Shown piece by piece: positions 1 to 12,510 of a stretch of DNA of 64,000 nucleotides. Positions within the stretch are counted from its first letter, which is position 1. Each line of letters starts with the position of its first letter. The notes below the pieces were generated by a model. That model ran no database searches and had not been told where the DNA came from. It saw only the letters and a list, made by a program, of their open reading frames with translations. The position numbers were made by a program, and so were the translations under genes. The DNA is taken from contig JAUZTB010000033.1 in assembly GCA_034780895.1 (NCBI GenBank), positions 19,742,428-19,806,427 on the forward strand. The letters run 5' to 3'. Source of the DNA: Rhynchobatus australiae (Eukaryota).

Positions 1-260
1 AACCAGGATGGGAGTGGGGAAACTGGGGGTTATCGGGATGGATATCAGGTTGGCTAACCTGGCAATTTATGCTTTAATAATCATCAAAGGTCTACTTGTT
101 GGCCTAGCCATATTAAAGTGTATTCTGCACCAAATGATGAACTCAGTCGAGGGCTTGATGCCCACACAAAATGTATTAGTCGCCCGGAGTTCACCCCAGG
201 GCCAGGATCACAAAGAACTGCTGAAACCACTCCCCATGGATGATGGTTATCATGGGATGA
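1..260 (+). mobile_element. 3' end of a degraded endogenous retrovirus env gene (TM subunit: Trp-rich membrane-proximal region, transmembrane helix, cytoplasmic tail)
   Basis: Frame 3 reads PGWEWENWGLSGWISGWL. After one frameshift, frame 2 reads LAIYALIIIKGLLVGLAILKCILHQMM (hydrophobic helix plus Cys). It lies directly upstream of a polypurine tract and LTR. Confidence 0.7.
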
Positions 261-273
261 TAAAAGGAGGGAA

Positions 274-860
274 TGAGAATTTGTACAAGGTATAAAGAAA
301 GGTTAGTATATTATAGATTGTGAGCCCTAAGACCTGAATTATAGGTCACTTAAAAATGGCTGTGCTTTGCCCTAAGATGGGACTGCTTAAAATGGCTGTG
401 CTTTGCTTCAAATATTTTTCCCATGCATTAGCTAGTTCTCTGCAACCTTGAGATAAGTACCAACACAATAGGTTCTTTGCTTAGCAAATTTTGTAAGACC
501 CTGAAACCCCATTGAGAAATTTTGTTTCTGTAAAGATAAACAGTAGAACCAAATGGCCTACAGAAATTAAGGAACTATTATCTCAACAGCAGTATTTTTT
601 TTTAAGTGATTCCTTGTCTGTAACCAATCACCATGTAAGAAATAAGTGCTATGTTGCCTGACTAATGAGTGATCATTCCATATATGGTAATCTGTTCGTT
701 CTCTGAAATACTATAAGAATATATGTGAATCGATGTATCACAGAGACCACCCGGACCGGGACACAGGTGCCTGGCTTGGTGCTCTCGCCTCGGATCAAGT
801 AATAAAGAGACCGAACGAGAACAGTGGTCTTTTGAGTCTTCTCTCCGACCGAATTTGACA
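274..860 (+). mobile_element. ERV 3' LTR preceded by a polypurine tract
   Basis: PPT AAAAGGAGGGAA (262-273) is followed directly by TG (274). There is an internal direct repeat AAAATGGCTGTGCTTTGC (~353 and ~388, second copy one A shorter), TATAAG at 712, AATAAA at 801-806, and a probable end at ...TTTGACA (860). Confidence 0.75.
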
Positions 861-2049
861 CATGTACACCAAAAGAGAAGTTGTAAAAGCAAGTTGCTGC
901 TCACCTGGTAGGTGGAAGTCTGTTGGTTGGTGGGATGTGAAAAAGCAGTTGTTGGATTTCTTCAAATTTAGGTAAATGCATTTGGTGTTTACAACTTGGC
1001 CCTCACTATTTTGAGAAAACCAAAACGCACAATGGGTGATTGTTATGCAGAACACCTTCAATCTGTCTGCAAGGATGCCCCAAGCTTGAGGTTACACATC
1101 ACTAATTCCACATCCAATTCAAATACGAATCACGTCTTTGGCCTCTTACACTATTCCTACAAAGCCCAACACAAGAAGAACAGATCTCATCTCCTGTTTA
1201 GCCATGCTGCAGGCCATCGGACTCAACATTGAATTCAACAGTTTTGGATAACCATATTTGCTGGTCTGTCAGAACTGGCAAGCTCTGATACAAGATCCAC
1301 TACCTGTGATTTCAGCTCAGTTTTCCCTCACTCGCTAGATGCCGCCAACCTACAGGACATTTGCTAGATTCTCTCTTATTTCAGATTCCCTCCAACCACC
1401 AAGTTCTGAATGTCACAGTTCCAGCACAATTTTATTTTACCCATCCCCTCCTGCGCTCCCATTCATCTCCCTCTACTCGTACATCCTCCAGACAGATCAA
1501 CTGCAATTAACAAACTCATTACCCTCTCTCAGCTGCATCACTCAATCTTGGATGGCAGCCTATCACAGACATTCCCTATTTCCTCTCTTCTCTTTTCTAC
1601 AACTCAAAACATTTCAGATTTCCAGCATCATTGTTTTAGCTTTGATTTCAGAAGCGGCCACAGTATTCTAGATGCAGTTTATCACACTGCTGATAACTGA
1701 CAGACGATCACTTTTCCAGAATGTAAAAAAACAGATGTTTTTCTATTCTTCATTAAACTAGTTTTGCAGTCTATTGTCTCCTTGGGGGTTATTTACCCCT
1801 GTAGTTGCAAACCTAGATTTAGCTGTCAGCAAACCTTGATGTTATATTCATGTAAATCAAGGAGTGAAAGTAAATACGCAAAACCCAAACATCAATTCTG
1901 CAGTCTTTCAAAAGGAGAAAAACAGCTAGTATCCACAAAGAAAATTACAATTTACATGGGTTGTCAAAAATAAAAGATGTGACAAAAACAATGTATGCAG
2001 CTTTGGAGAACATGGCCACATTGATAAAGATGTGTGATCATTGACCATA

Positions 2050-2600
2050 ATGTTCACTGAAGCAGCCATATAACTGCAGATACAAGAGCAGTTCTAGGCC
2101 ATATATCCTTCAAGTTGCTCACCTCCAGACACCCAAGATCTTTATTATTTAAACGGTAAGCCAAGGTCAGCTCCATCCCGAATACTCCGCACTTTCCTGC
2201 ATCATCACAGCTCCAACAAGACAAGCAGTTTAATAAAATCCAGTGCAAGGATGCCCACTGGTCTGGCAATACAGACCCCCCACCCTTCCTACTCCCTTCA
2301 TGCCCAACACATGATGGCTATGGGGATTACCATGTGCAAATTCACTACTCCAACATATCAAGGTCTCTTTGGTAACATTTCCCAACCTATGATCGCCATC
2401 ATCTTGAAGATTAAAGCAAAATGCAAGTATGGTAACCACATTGCGCAAATTCCCTCAATCTATAATCTTTATCATTATTAGGCTCAAGTACAAGAACTCC
2501 TCAACAGCAGCATATAATGTCCTCACTATTCAGATGACAACATTTCAGGGCGGTGGCTCAAGGGGATTTAGGGATGAACAATATAAGCTAGCCTTCCAGC
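2050..2600. repeat. Old non-LTR retrotransposon fragments
   Basis: Similar by eye to other decayed LINE-like tracts in the window (38500-39100, 44380-44570). No intact ORF. Confidence 0.35.
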
Positions 2601-4129
2601 AACACCCACATCCAATGCATGAGCAAAGGTTGAAGAATGCTTTTATTTCAGTTACCAGAAGTAATGTGATGGAAATACTCAGGTCAGCCAGCATCTGTAG
2701 AGAGAGAAACAAAGTTAACTTTTCAGATAAATGATCCCTCATCAGAACTACAAAAAGTCAGAAATCAAGCGAGTATTAAGTTGCAGAGGACTGAAAGAAT
2801 GTGTGACAGGGTGGATACACAAAAGACTGAACAAGACAAAAGCCGGAGGTGCTGACCAAGGATGGTGAAGCCATGTTATTTGCAGTTGATCTATCTAATG
2901 TAGATATAACTAGAAGAATGACAAACCAAACAATGCTGAAATAACACCACTGCAGCAGCACTGTTACCAGTCATAATGCAGCAATTCAAGGCAGCCAGTC
3001 ATAGAATGGTTATGGTACAGGCAACTACTCAGCCCATCATGCCCATTCTCTCCACCAGAGCAAGTAACTCTACCTACCATCTTTCCTCCATTCTCTTGCA
3101 AATTTTTCCTCACCAATACCCTCCGAGGCTAGTGAAACCTGCCCACACCACAACAGCAGACAATACATTCCAGATTCCAAATTTAGCTGCATTTCTTCAT
3201 GTCATTCTTATTTACTTTCACCTGTGACCTCATCCTTTACCCCGCCAAAGGACACCACCTCCTATTTTCCATTCTGTAAATCCTTTCTGGTCCCTTTCGA
3301 CTCCCTTCACATCCTTCCCACAATGTGGCAACCAGAAATGAACAGTTGAGGGTAGAACAGTATTTTTTTTAAAAAAAGGTTTAATATAAACTTTCTGCTT
3401 TTGTACTCTATGCCCATTTCTTCAACTTTCTCTACCATTTTCAATAAGGTGCAAACATCCCCTCCCCCCAGTCCTTCTATTCCTACATCTTTTTAGAACA
3501 CATTTTATTCCACATCATTCCTCTTTTCCCAAAATGCATTACTTTGCATTTCCCCACATTAAATATCAGCTGCCTATTTCAGTCTGTATATATCCTGCTG
3601 CAGTTACTATTCTCTTCACAGTTCAAAACACTGCCAAGTTTTGTGTAATCTGCAAATTCCTCCATACCAAAAGCAAATTGCTCCATTCCAAGATAAACAG
3701 GAATGTAGTACAAGAGATACACACATTATCATTTTAGATAAGGAATTGCTTTTTTTTTATATTATAAAAAGCTGAGAAGTGAGGACTCTTCTACAACTGC
3801 TAAGCAAGCTGTTGGACAGTGAGTTCCCAGATTTCTACCCAGCAACAATGAAGGTGGGCTGCCCAAGCTTTTTTTCCCCCCCCGTGTACTAAACCACTAT
3901 GAATTCAGGGTCTATCACTTAGAATAGACTAATACACTTTGCCTGCTCGATCCAGTGGGCAAAAACATGTGCACATGGTAGGATGGCTGATATTGGTCTC
4001 ACGTGCTAAAAGATCCTAAAGATACAACCACCGTATCATAGCAATTCCAGCTTTTGCTCACCTGTCAACTTTAATCCCAGACCCCAGGTCTCTCACCCAC
4101 AACTTGCAAAATTCAGACCCTGTACAACT

Positions 4130-4570
4130 AATCATTTTTGAAGCAACAAACAATCTGCTGGAGGAACTCGGCTGGCCAAGCAACATCCATGGGAGGAAAG
4201 GAAATGTCAACATTTTGGGTGGAAACCTGGATCAGGACTGAGAATTCAGAGGCAAGGTGGCCAGTATAAAGAGGAGGGGAGTAGTGAGACAGGAATACAA
4301 GGTGATTGGTGGACTGATGAGGGGTGCAAGATGACAGGCAGATTGTGCCAGGTAAGGGAGGGGAGTGCAGGTGGAGTTGGGAGACAGAGGCAAGTGAATG
4401 ATAGATGGAGACAAGAAAAAGAGGCAGATGGAACTAGGTAGGGGGGGGGGAGTGTGAAGGCTGGAGTCAGCTACTGGAGAGAGGAGGAGGAACACAAACA
4501 GCTACTAGTGCTCAAAGGAAATGAGAATGGAATCCATTAGGGAGAGGTGAATGGCAGATGGAGAAGGGAA
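4130..4570. repeat. Interspersed repeat (Penelope/SINE-like head AACAATCTGCTGGAGGAACTC followed by a purine-rich tract)
   Basis: The same head motif recurs at ~44200-44275 (GCAACAGACAAAAAACTGGAGGAATTCAGC). Confidence 0.45.
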
Positions 4571-6079
4571 ACTGTATTTCCTCAGATTTTATATTCATCT
4601 CAAAAATGTACTATTTAAATGATCCTTTAAATTCACCAGTTTAACTACGGCTCCTTAAGTCTACTACCAACATTGCCAAGTCAAGTGAAATCTGAAACCT
4701 TTAACATTATATTCTTTGCCCAAACTGTCCATGGCAAAGTGATCCTAACATATTCCGCTCCAGTCAGAGAGCATCTGTTTGCCATTATTCTTTACCCTTC
4801 ATCCCTTAATTATATATTCAAGTTATCACCACTCTTTAAATACCAAGCACTGCTCAGTTCTGAACATGGTACTTGTGAATTCCTTTTGAATGTCAACCAA
4901 GTTTAATGTTATGGTTACGTTATTTTATCCAAGAAGACAATCTGTGCATTATCCTTCTTAATGCAAACTAAGGGAAATTTTTCTAATGATATTTGAAGTA
5001 CAATTATCAAAAAAGTAACTGGCTACCACTTAAACATCCTGCAATGGAAAAAAAAACTGGTAGAATTACTGGAATACCTAAAATCACAAAGAAAGCAAAA
5101 AGACTCAAAGGGTTGGATGAGGCAGGAATCAAAGTATTGTGGAAGCTACAGCATGGCAAGTGTTACGGACTAGGACTGTGTGTGTGTGGTGCTTACATCA
5201 ACAGAAGATAAAGAACGTCATGACATTGTTGCTGAAACAACCAGTCAGANNNNNNNNNNNNNNNNNNNNNNNNNNNNNNNNNNNNNNNNNNNNNNNNNNN
5301 NNNNNNNNNNNNNNNNNNNNNNNNNNNNNNNNNNNNNNNNNNNNNNNNNTTTTACTTTTATTTTACTTATTATCATAAGTAGTTATTAATAAAGTAGTTT
5401 TTAACATTTATACATGTCTCGGTGTGTTTCTTTTGTTGCTGGTAAGTAACACAAGGGTTAAGATAGTGTGCAGTTGTACAGAACAAGGGTCCTTGAAAGA
5501 ATGAACTCCCCACTGAACAGTATGAAGCCAGGTCTACTCACATACCAAGGACATGAGTAGGCTCAGCAGATAAGAAAGACGCTAATGAAAGATTGGGAAG
5601 CGCACAAACTATTGGACACTTGCTCTTTACTGAAAATAAAGTATAATTGGCCACTTTTGATCAACTTAAGTGCAAATAAAGGATTGAATAGCACATAGCT
5701 TTTATTGGTTATTGATGCCTGCAAGAATGTATCTTGATTTGTGATTTTTATTCTATGCATGCAAATAAGGGACTAGAAAGTGCACAAGATTTCAATTGGT
5801 CAATGTCTGCATAAAATTAACAATTTTGAGAAGTTTACAGCAGTTCGGTGACTGGGACCATGCTACTCTCGTTGTGCACAAGTAAATAAAGTTTGATTAG
5901 GTAACAAATGCAAGTCCAGTTGATCAGCGACAACAGTATGAACACAAAAATTAGAAGCTGGATTCTCTCAAGTCTGCACCCTTATTTAATAAGATCAAAG
6001 CTGATCTATTTCTAATCTCAGTTCCACACTCCCATTTATCCACAGTAAATATTTATCCATTTACTTACACCAATTACCT

Positions 6080-6530
6080 TAGACTTACAAGGATGTTGCT
6101 GGGATTCTAGGGACTGAATTATAGAGAGAGGTTGAGCAGGTTGGGACTTTTTTCATTGGAGCATAGGAGAATGAGTAGAGATCTTATAGAGGTGAATAAT
6201 TATGAGGGGCATAGAAAGGGTGAACATGCAGTCTTTTTCCCCAGGGTTGGGGGCATCAAGAACTAGATGGCATAGGTTTAAGGTGAGGGGAGAGATTTAA
6301 CAGGAACCCGAAGAGCAACTTTTCATCCAGAGAGTAGTCAGTGTATGGAATGAGCTGCCAAAGGAAGTGGGTGAAGCAGGTACATTATCAACATTTAAAA
6401 GGTACTTGGACAAGTACACGGATAGGAAAGGTTTGGAGGGATATGGACCAATCGCAGGCAGATGCTACAGGCTTAGATGGTAATCTTGGTCAGTATAAAC
6501 CAGCGCGTTTCCGTGCTGTAGAACTCTCTG
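6080..6530 (+). mobile_element. CR1-type LINE 3' fragment
   Basis: Typical CR1 ORF2 C-terminus (RMLLG...YRERLSRLGLFSLE...TRWHRFKV) plus 3' UTR. Similar to the copies at 39125-40415 and 14570-15530. Confidence 0.8.
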
Positions 6531-6699
6531 CCTACACCNNNNNNNNNNTTCCATCGCCTTTTGGAAGGGCTCCAAAGACCCACGACTCTCAGGAAGGGGA
6601 AGACAAAATCTTCTGATGCTTTAAAAGGGCGACCCATTTGTTTTAAGCAGAGACCCCTTAAATACACATCTGCATTTGCGTCCCGTCAAAAACTCCTCC

Positions 6700-7410
6700 C
6701 CTCTCCTAAACTCACAAAACCCAGCCTGTCCAAGGTGGGGAGGGCGAAGCTCGGAGAGCGGGTCGGAGAAGAGGGGGAGGTTGGGGAGGCGAAAGCAGTA
6801 GAGCGGAGGGGACGAGCAGGGGAGGGTTGTGGGGTGGGGAGGGGAGGGTAGGGTCAGGCACCGCGGCTCCTGTCCACGCCCGCACCCACCCCGCCGCTCA
6901 CCTGCCCAGCGGCCGAAGCTCTCCACCTTGACGCCCTTCCCGAACACGAACACCCGCGCCCCGTTCAGCAGCCGATACACCAGCTTCAGCGTAAACCAGG
7001 TGACGGCGGCGACCCCGAGCCAGTAGAAGAGGTCACAGGCCGGCAGAGAGCCCACGGTCGGCGAGGAACCCATCACTTCGACGGCTACCGACTGCCAGGG
7101 GAGAGCGACGAGAGGACGCGTCTCCGGAAACGACCGCTCTCCCAAGCGTTCATTGGCTGAGACGGGCGCCGCGGCTTTCCCGGCTGGCCATTCGCTGAGC
7201 GGCACGTCAATCACCCGGCGAGCCGGCAGCCATTTCCGGGACGGCGCCTGCAGCGTGTTGCATTGCGGGACTTGTGGTTTAGCACTGCGCTTCCGCTCGG
7301 GTTTGAGGGCGAATGGAACTACGTCTCCCACAATTCCATCCTCACACCAAGTATCAGGCATCGTCTCGTGAGATTTCACTGCCACATAAACACGGAAGTG
7401 ATGGGTGTGA
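6700..7410 (-). promoter_or_regulatory. CpG-island promoter of HSD17B12
   Basis: Dense CpG and high GC. CCAAT (ATTGG 7152-7156); two ZNF143/THAP11 SBS-like motifs (7261-7279 reverse; ACTACGTCTCCCACAATTCC 7318-7337); TCTCGTGAGA (7364-7373, one mismatch to BANP TCTCGCGAGA); ETS CGGAAGTG (~7393-7400). Confidence 0.8.
6902..7073 (-). CDS. HSD17B12: Coding exon 1 of very-long-chain 3-oxoacyl-CoA reductase (17-beta-hydroxysteroid dehydrogenase 12); remaining exons not found in the window and presumably lie to the left
   Basis: ATG at 7073 encodes MGSSPTVGSLPACDLFYWLGVAAVTWFTLKLVYRLLNGARVFVFGKGVKVESFGRWA. A phase-1 donor G|GTGAGC follows at 6901, just before the expected (V)VTGxxxGIG Rossmann motif, as in vertebrate HSD17B12. 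The exon sits in a CpG island and is syntenic with mir-129-2. Confidence 0.88.
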
Positions 7411-10400
7411 TCAGAATTTTTGTAACATTTAGAGAAAAATAGTAAAAGAGTTTGAAAGTATTCTGTCTTAAAATTCAGGTGCAGGGCAGTAATCATTTAT
7501 TTCAATCGCTACTCCTTTTACAATAAATATCATGTTATTGTACACCCTTGGGCTCATATTTAAGCAAAGAACTCTCTAAATCTGATATCATTACCTCATA
7601 AAAAGTGATTTCAATCGCAGTTAACTGAATTATTTCATTTGAAAATACAAATGTGGATCTACTCTATGAATTTAAATGCCTGGTATATGTATAGGTTTCA
7701 ATTTGAAAGCCATTGATTCCTATGATACCACAAATTGTAACTGTCCTTGCAATATATATCTTACATTCGACATTTGCTAAAAGAAACATATTTAGTATTT
7801 TATTCACTATTTTTATTTTAATTAAAGAAGAGAAAATTGTTGAAGATTTGGTTCTTTAATCGTTTTAATACAGCTATAAGGCTCTGTCATACAAGAACAT
7901 ATCTAAAAGAAAATAAACTATGCTTTGAAGATTCCATCATCATAATTTATAATATACCTTTATTGCCCATGTTTTCATCATATTTATTGTGTCTTAACTT
8001 CCAATAAATTTTGGACTATCCTTTTACATTGCAAAAAACACTCCTCCATTTTGAGTTTCATTATTTTGATTCAGCAGTAACTCAAATTGTTACAATTATG
8101 TCTCTTTCTTTTAACTTCAATTTTTATTTTTCACAAAAACAATATAATCATACAATATATTCAAACAACACCATGAAAATTCAACAGAACCTTCCATGCA
8201 CATCTTGTTTACCATGCTTATCTTATTTCTGCAAAACCCTGTCATTATTACATTGTATTTAAGTGATGTGCAACATTAATAAAATGCATGTTTAAATGAT
8301 CAATTGTCTTTCTTTATAAAATTTATTTCCAAGCAGATGAACTCCGAGAACAACTAAAATATGTCTTTTAACTAAACCTAGCACAAACTATTTACAACAA
8401 TTTTTGACTTTGCTTAACAAACTACTTAAACCTACAATTCTTCACTAATTACAAACATAACAAATATTTTATTCAAATATACCAGATACTAAAAAGATAA
8501 TATGTTTTTATTAAAATAAATTAATGAAATGCATTGAATGTTTTCTTTCTGGGATTTTGATAAACTCTAGTAAAATTTATGGGTTTAAATTTTCGCTCAA
8601 ATATTATTTCCACGCTCTTCTTTTAATTAACAATAATGTACAATATGATCTGCCTATAATTGTTTTTATAATTTAAAGAACAGTGACTCCCATAAGTACG
8701 ATGGTAATTCATTTTGCAAAATCCATTAGAATTACACATATTCATCAAGGTTTGCACATCGGTATATTTCTTGATTATAATGTAAAAAAACAATAGTGTC
8801 TTAACAAATCAAATCACTGCTGGTCAACTGTTTTGAAGAGAAATACCTCAATTCTTTCCTGAAATTTGCCATGTTACCAAATAAAAATATATTCCTTATT
8901 TATGTAAATATGTTCCACTATTTACCTTAGATGCTTGTGGAAAAATACATCCTATATTTTATACTAAAATAACAAAAAAAATCTGGACGTCTTTTCGTAT
9001 TTGCTCCAAATGATATTGTAATGTAACTAACATACGTGCTGAAAATAAAACCCTAAAGAATCTGGAATCCCACATTGATCCACATGGTCAAAAATATGAT
9101 TGAATGAATGTAAAAAATATCTGTTAATTTCTCAAATTTATCATGAAGTAAAATATTTGATCTGTAATAAAATAAAGTAACAAAATCAGGTTTCACTTTT
9201 TCAACACAGATGCCGAAAGATACCACTGATCCAATTATTTATTCACATTGTTATAATATATGGTATTTTATACAATAAATTTTTTAAATGTTTTCACTGT
9301 CATTTACTGTGAAATGATGCACATTACATTTATATTTTGAATATAACAATGGTCTTGGCTTCAAATAAATCAATCAAATGCTTAATTCTCCCACTTTTAG
9401 TTTACTAACCCAGTAAACCATAACAATTAAAGATATTTTAACCATGCGTTACAGAGGAATATTTAGAATTTTAACTTAAGTCTGATCATCAATAATTTAG
9501 TTTTTTTGTTGCCAATGTCAAAATTGTATAACCATGGTTTGAGTCAAATATTCAGTTACAGTAAAACTAATTTTCTTCAGGATATTTAACCCGTATCAGC
9601 AATTTTACACATATTCTAATATGAACATTGCAATGANNNNNNNNNNNNNNNNNNNNNNNNNNNNNNNNNNNNNNNNNNNNNNNNNNNNNNNNNNNNNNNN
9701 NNNNNNNNNNNNNNNNNNNNNNNNNNNNNNNNNNNNNNNNNNNNNNNNNNNNNNNNNNNNNNNNNNNNNNNNNNNNNNNNNNNNNNNNNNNNNNNNNNNN
9801 NNNNNNNNNNNNNNNNNNNNNNNNNNNNNNNNNNNNNNNNNNNNNNNNNNNNNNNNNNNNNNNNNNNNNNNNNNNNNNNNNNNNNNNNNNNNNNNNNNNN
9901 NNNNNNNNNNNNNNNTATGAAAATATACAAATAACATACCTTTATTTCTTAAAATAAAATACCAATTATTTATTTTGCTAATAAGACAATGGAACATGCA
10001 AGCAGTTGACATCTAAAGTTTAAAACTCGATTCTATTATTTATTAAATGTGACCTTCTGATTAGTACTGGTTATTTTTAGTTTTCTATTTAGTTAAAATG
10101 AATTACAAAACTGATAACAAAGTACAGTAATTATAAAATATTGGTTTTTAACAAATAGTTCAATGCAATTTTGCATAACCAATCAAAATATTGTTAGCCA
10201 TTAACCTAACATGATATGGTGAGCCTATGCACTGAAGTCTCTCTTCTATTATTAATTATAAAAATTTATTTTACTATCTTTCACTTTTTAAATATATATT
10301 TTCAGGGAAAATTAACCAAGGTGATTAACGTAGAATAATTATATGGCTTGCATGGGTAACAAGCATTGAAGGAATATGCTTACAATATTTCGTAGCATCT

Positions 10401-10449
10401 GGCTTAAAGATATTTTGTTAGTAGTTTATGATACTTTGCATGCAAAGTC

Positions 10450-12510
10450 TGCTGTGGTTCAAAAGAAAAGAAATAGCTCTACAGTACCCTGAAGGCCAAG
10501 ATCCAACAGAAAACCTATCAAAATAGTGCTAAGCGATAAAAGGGCAGGAGATCCAGCAATTCACTGTTAACAAGGACAAACATGGATTTTTCAGTGCTGT
10601 CACGGCTATTTACTGCCCAAACACACAAGAGCCCACTTCATTGAGAGACAAGAATGGGGGTAAATTTATCAAGGGCAGAGAGGCAATCATTGCCTGATGA
10701 AAGAAGCACTTCAATGAACTCCTCTGTTCTTGACATAAGCACCTTTGATTCCATGCCACAACAGACTATTAGGTACAGCCTTGCCATCCCTGATCAACTG
10801 AAAAACAACAAGGTCTTGGGACAGACCTCAGGAGCTGACTGAATCCCTGCCAAAGTTGAACAAGTGGTGGAGATTCAGTTCAATCACAAATTCACAAGTG
10901 AGAAGAGGAGGACGTACCAGGAGAGACCTTAGAGATGCCTAAAATAGCCATCTTTAAGACAGAAGACAAATCCAATTGCAGCACCTCAAGAGAGGTCTCT
11001 CTGCTCTCTGCCATGTGGAAAGTCATTGTTGGGATCTTTCTCAATGCCTCCTCCCTATGGCTGAAGAATTGCTCCTCAAGTCACAGTGTGGATTCATCCA
11101 TCCAGAGCCACAGTGGACATGATTTTCACCCTGCACCAACTCCAAGAAAATGAGGGCAGTTTCAACCATCATTAATGGCCTCACGAAAGACTAAGACTCC
11201 ATCAGTCAAAAGGGACCGTGGAACATCCTTTACAAATCTAGGTGGCCACAGAAGTGTGTCTTCTTTTTACATTTGCTTCATGATTGCATGTAAGTCATGA
11301 TCTTAACTAACGGCTCCACAACAAAAGCAATCTCAGTGTGTCATTGCCCCAACACTTCTCTCAATCTTCCTTGCAAAAAGGTTGCAACTAACCTGCAACT
11401 AAATTGCTGCTGGAGAGGACCTAATCTACATGACAGTAGATTATGTCACCTCCACTCCAGAACCAATGTTACCCCAACTTCAATCATCAGGCTGCAATAT
11501 TCACATGGTGCTTACCTGTGCACACATTCGGAGACTGAGCTCAAGGTCATCATTGATTTATTCATTGAAGCATATATGAAAGGTTGGACCTTACACTTAA
11601 TGCCTGCAAAACAAAGGCCCCCTACCAACCTGCTTCCATTGCCACACCAACTTCCAGACTAAAGATTCACAATGAGACCCCAGAAAATGTGGATTGCTTC
11701 CCATATCTCGGAGACTCNNNNNNNNNNNNNNNNNNNNNNNNNNNNNNNNNNNNNNNNNNNNNNNNNNNNNNNNNNNNNNNNNNNNNNNNNNNNNNNNNNN
11801 NNNNNNNNNNNNNNNNNGACTCTTCTGGATGAAGGCAGTCATTTATGATGGAATTTACATCACTTTCAGTGCACCAGCATAGCCATTGGCTATCAGAGAA
11901 AAGAGTGTTTGAAGGTGAAGACCTCAAAACTGTCACAAAGTTCATGATCTACTGGGCAGTCATGATCCTTGTCCTCCCGCAAATTTCTGAGACAGTGACT
12001 TCCTACTTCTAACACTGCAAGAGATATTGATAATAGTCTCTCCATAAAATCTTCCAAATTCACAAGCAGGATAACCAAACTAATGTCAGCCAGGCCAACA
12101 ACCCCAGCAATGAGGCCTTAATTATACTTAGTCAGCTCTGATTGAAGGTCATAACATGCACATGCTGGATGCCAGACTTCCAAAACAGATGCTCTGGTGG
12201 ACAGGGGAAATGATTCAAGATGCTTTCAAAACTATCTTAGGAAAAAGAGAACCCATGGCTCATGACTATGCAAAATGCAGAAAGAGCATTTGGGATTGCA
12301 CTGAGTAGCTTGGGTCAATTTGCTGGGAGAACACACAAGCTCAACATAAGGAGTGGAAGGAGCATTCTATTTCACAAACTACCTAATGCCCCATCTCTGC
12401 CAGGGTTTGTGGACCTTACTTTGACCTCAGCCAGCCATCTCAAAATCCACAGAAATGAAGAGGAAGGAAGTCATCCTTGATCCCAGGGGCTGCCTAAGAA
12501 AAAGAAGAAC
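10450..12510 (+). mobile_element. Degraded RTE-type LINE
   Basis: Broken RT-like segments (IFKTEDKSNC..REVSLLSAMWKV; LQYSHG in place of LxYADD; ENVDCFPYLG) and a 3' end ...GGCTGCCTAAGAAAAAGAAG. Confidence 0.7.

Noticed and set aside
6621-7496. 291-aa minus ORF as a complete gene
   Set aside because: Only 6902-7073 resembles HSD17B12. The rest is read-through of the GC-rich promoter and intron.
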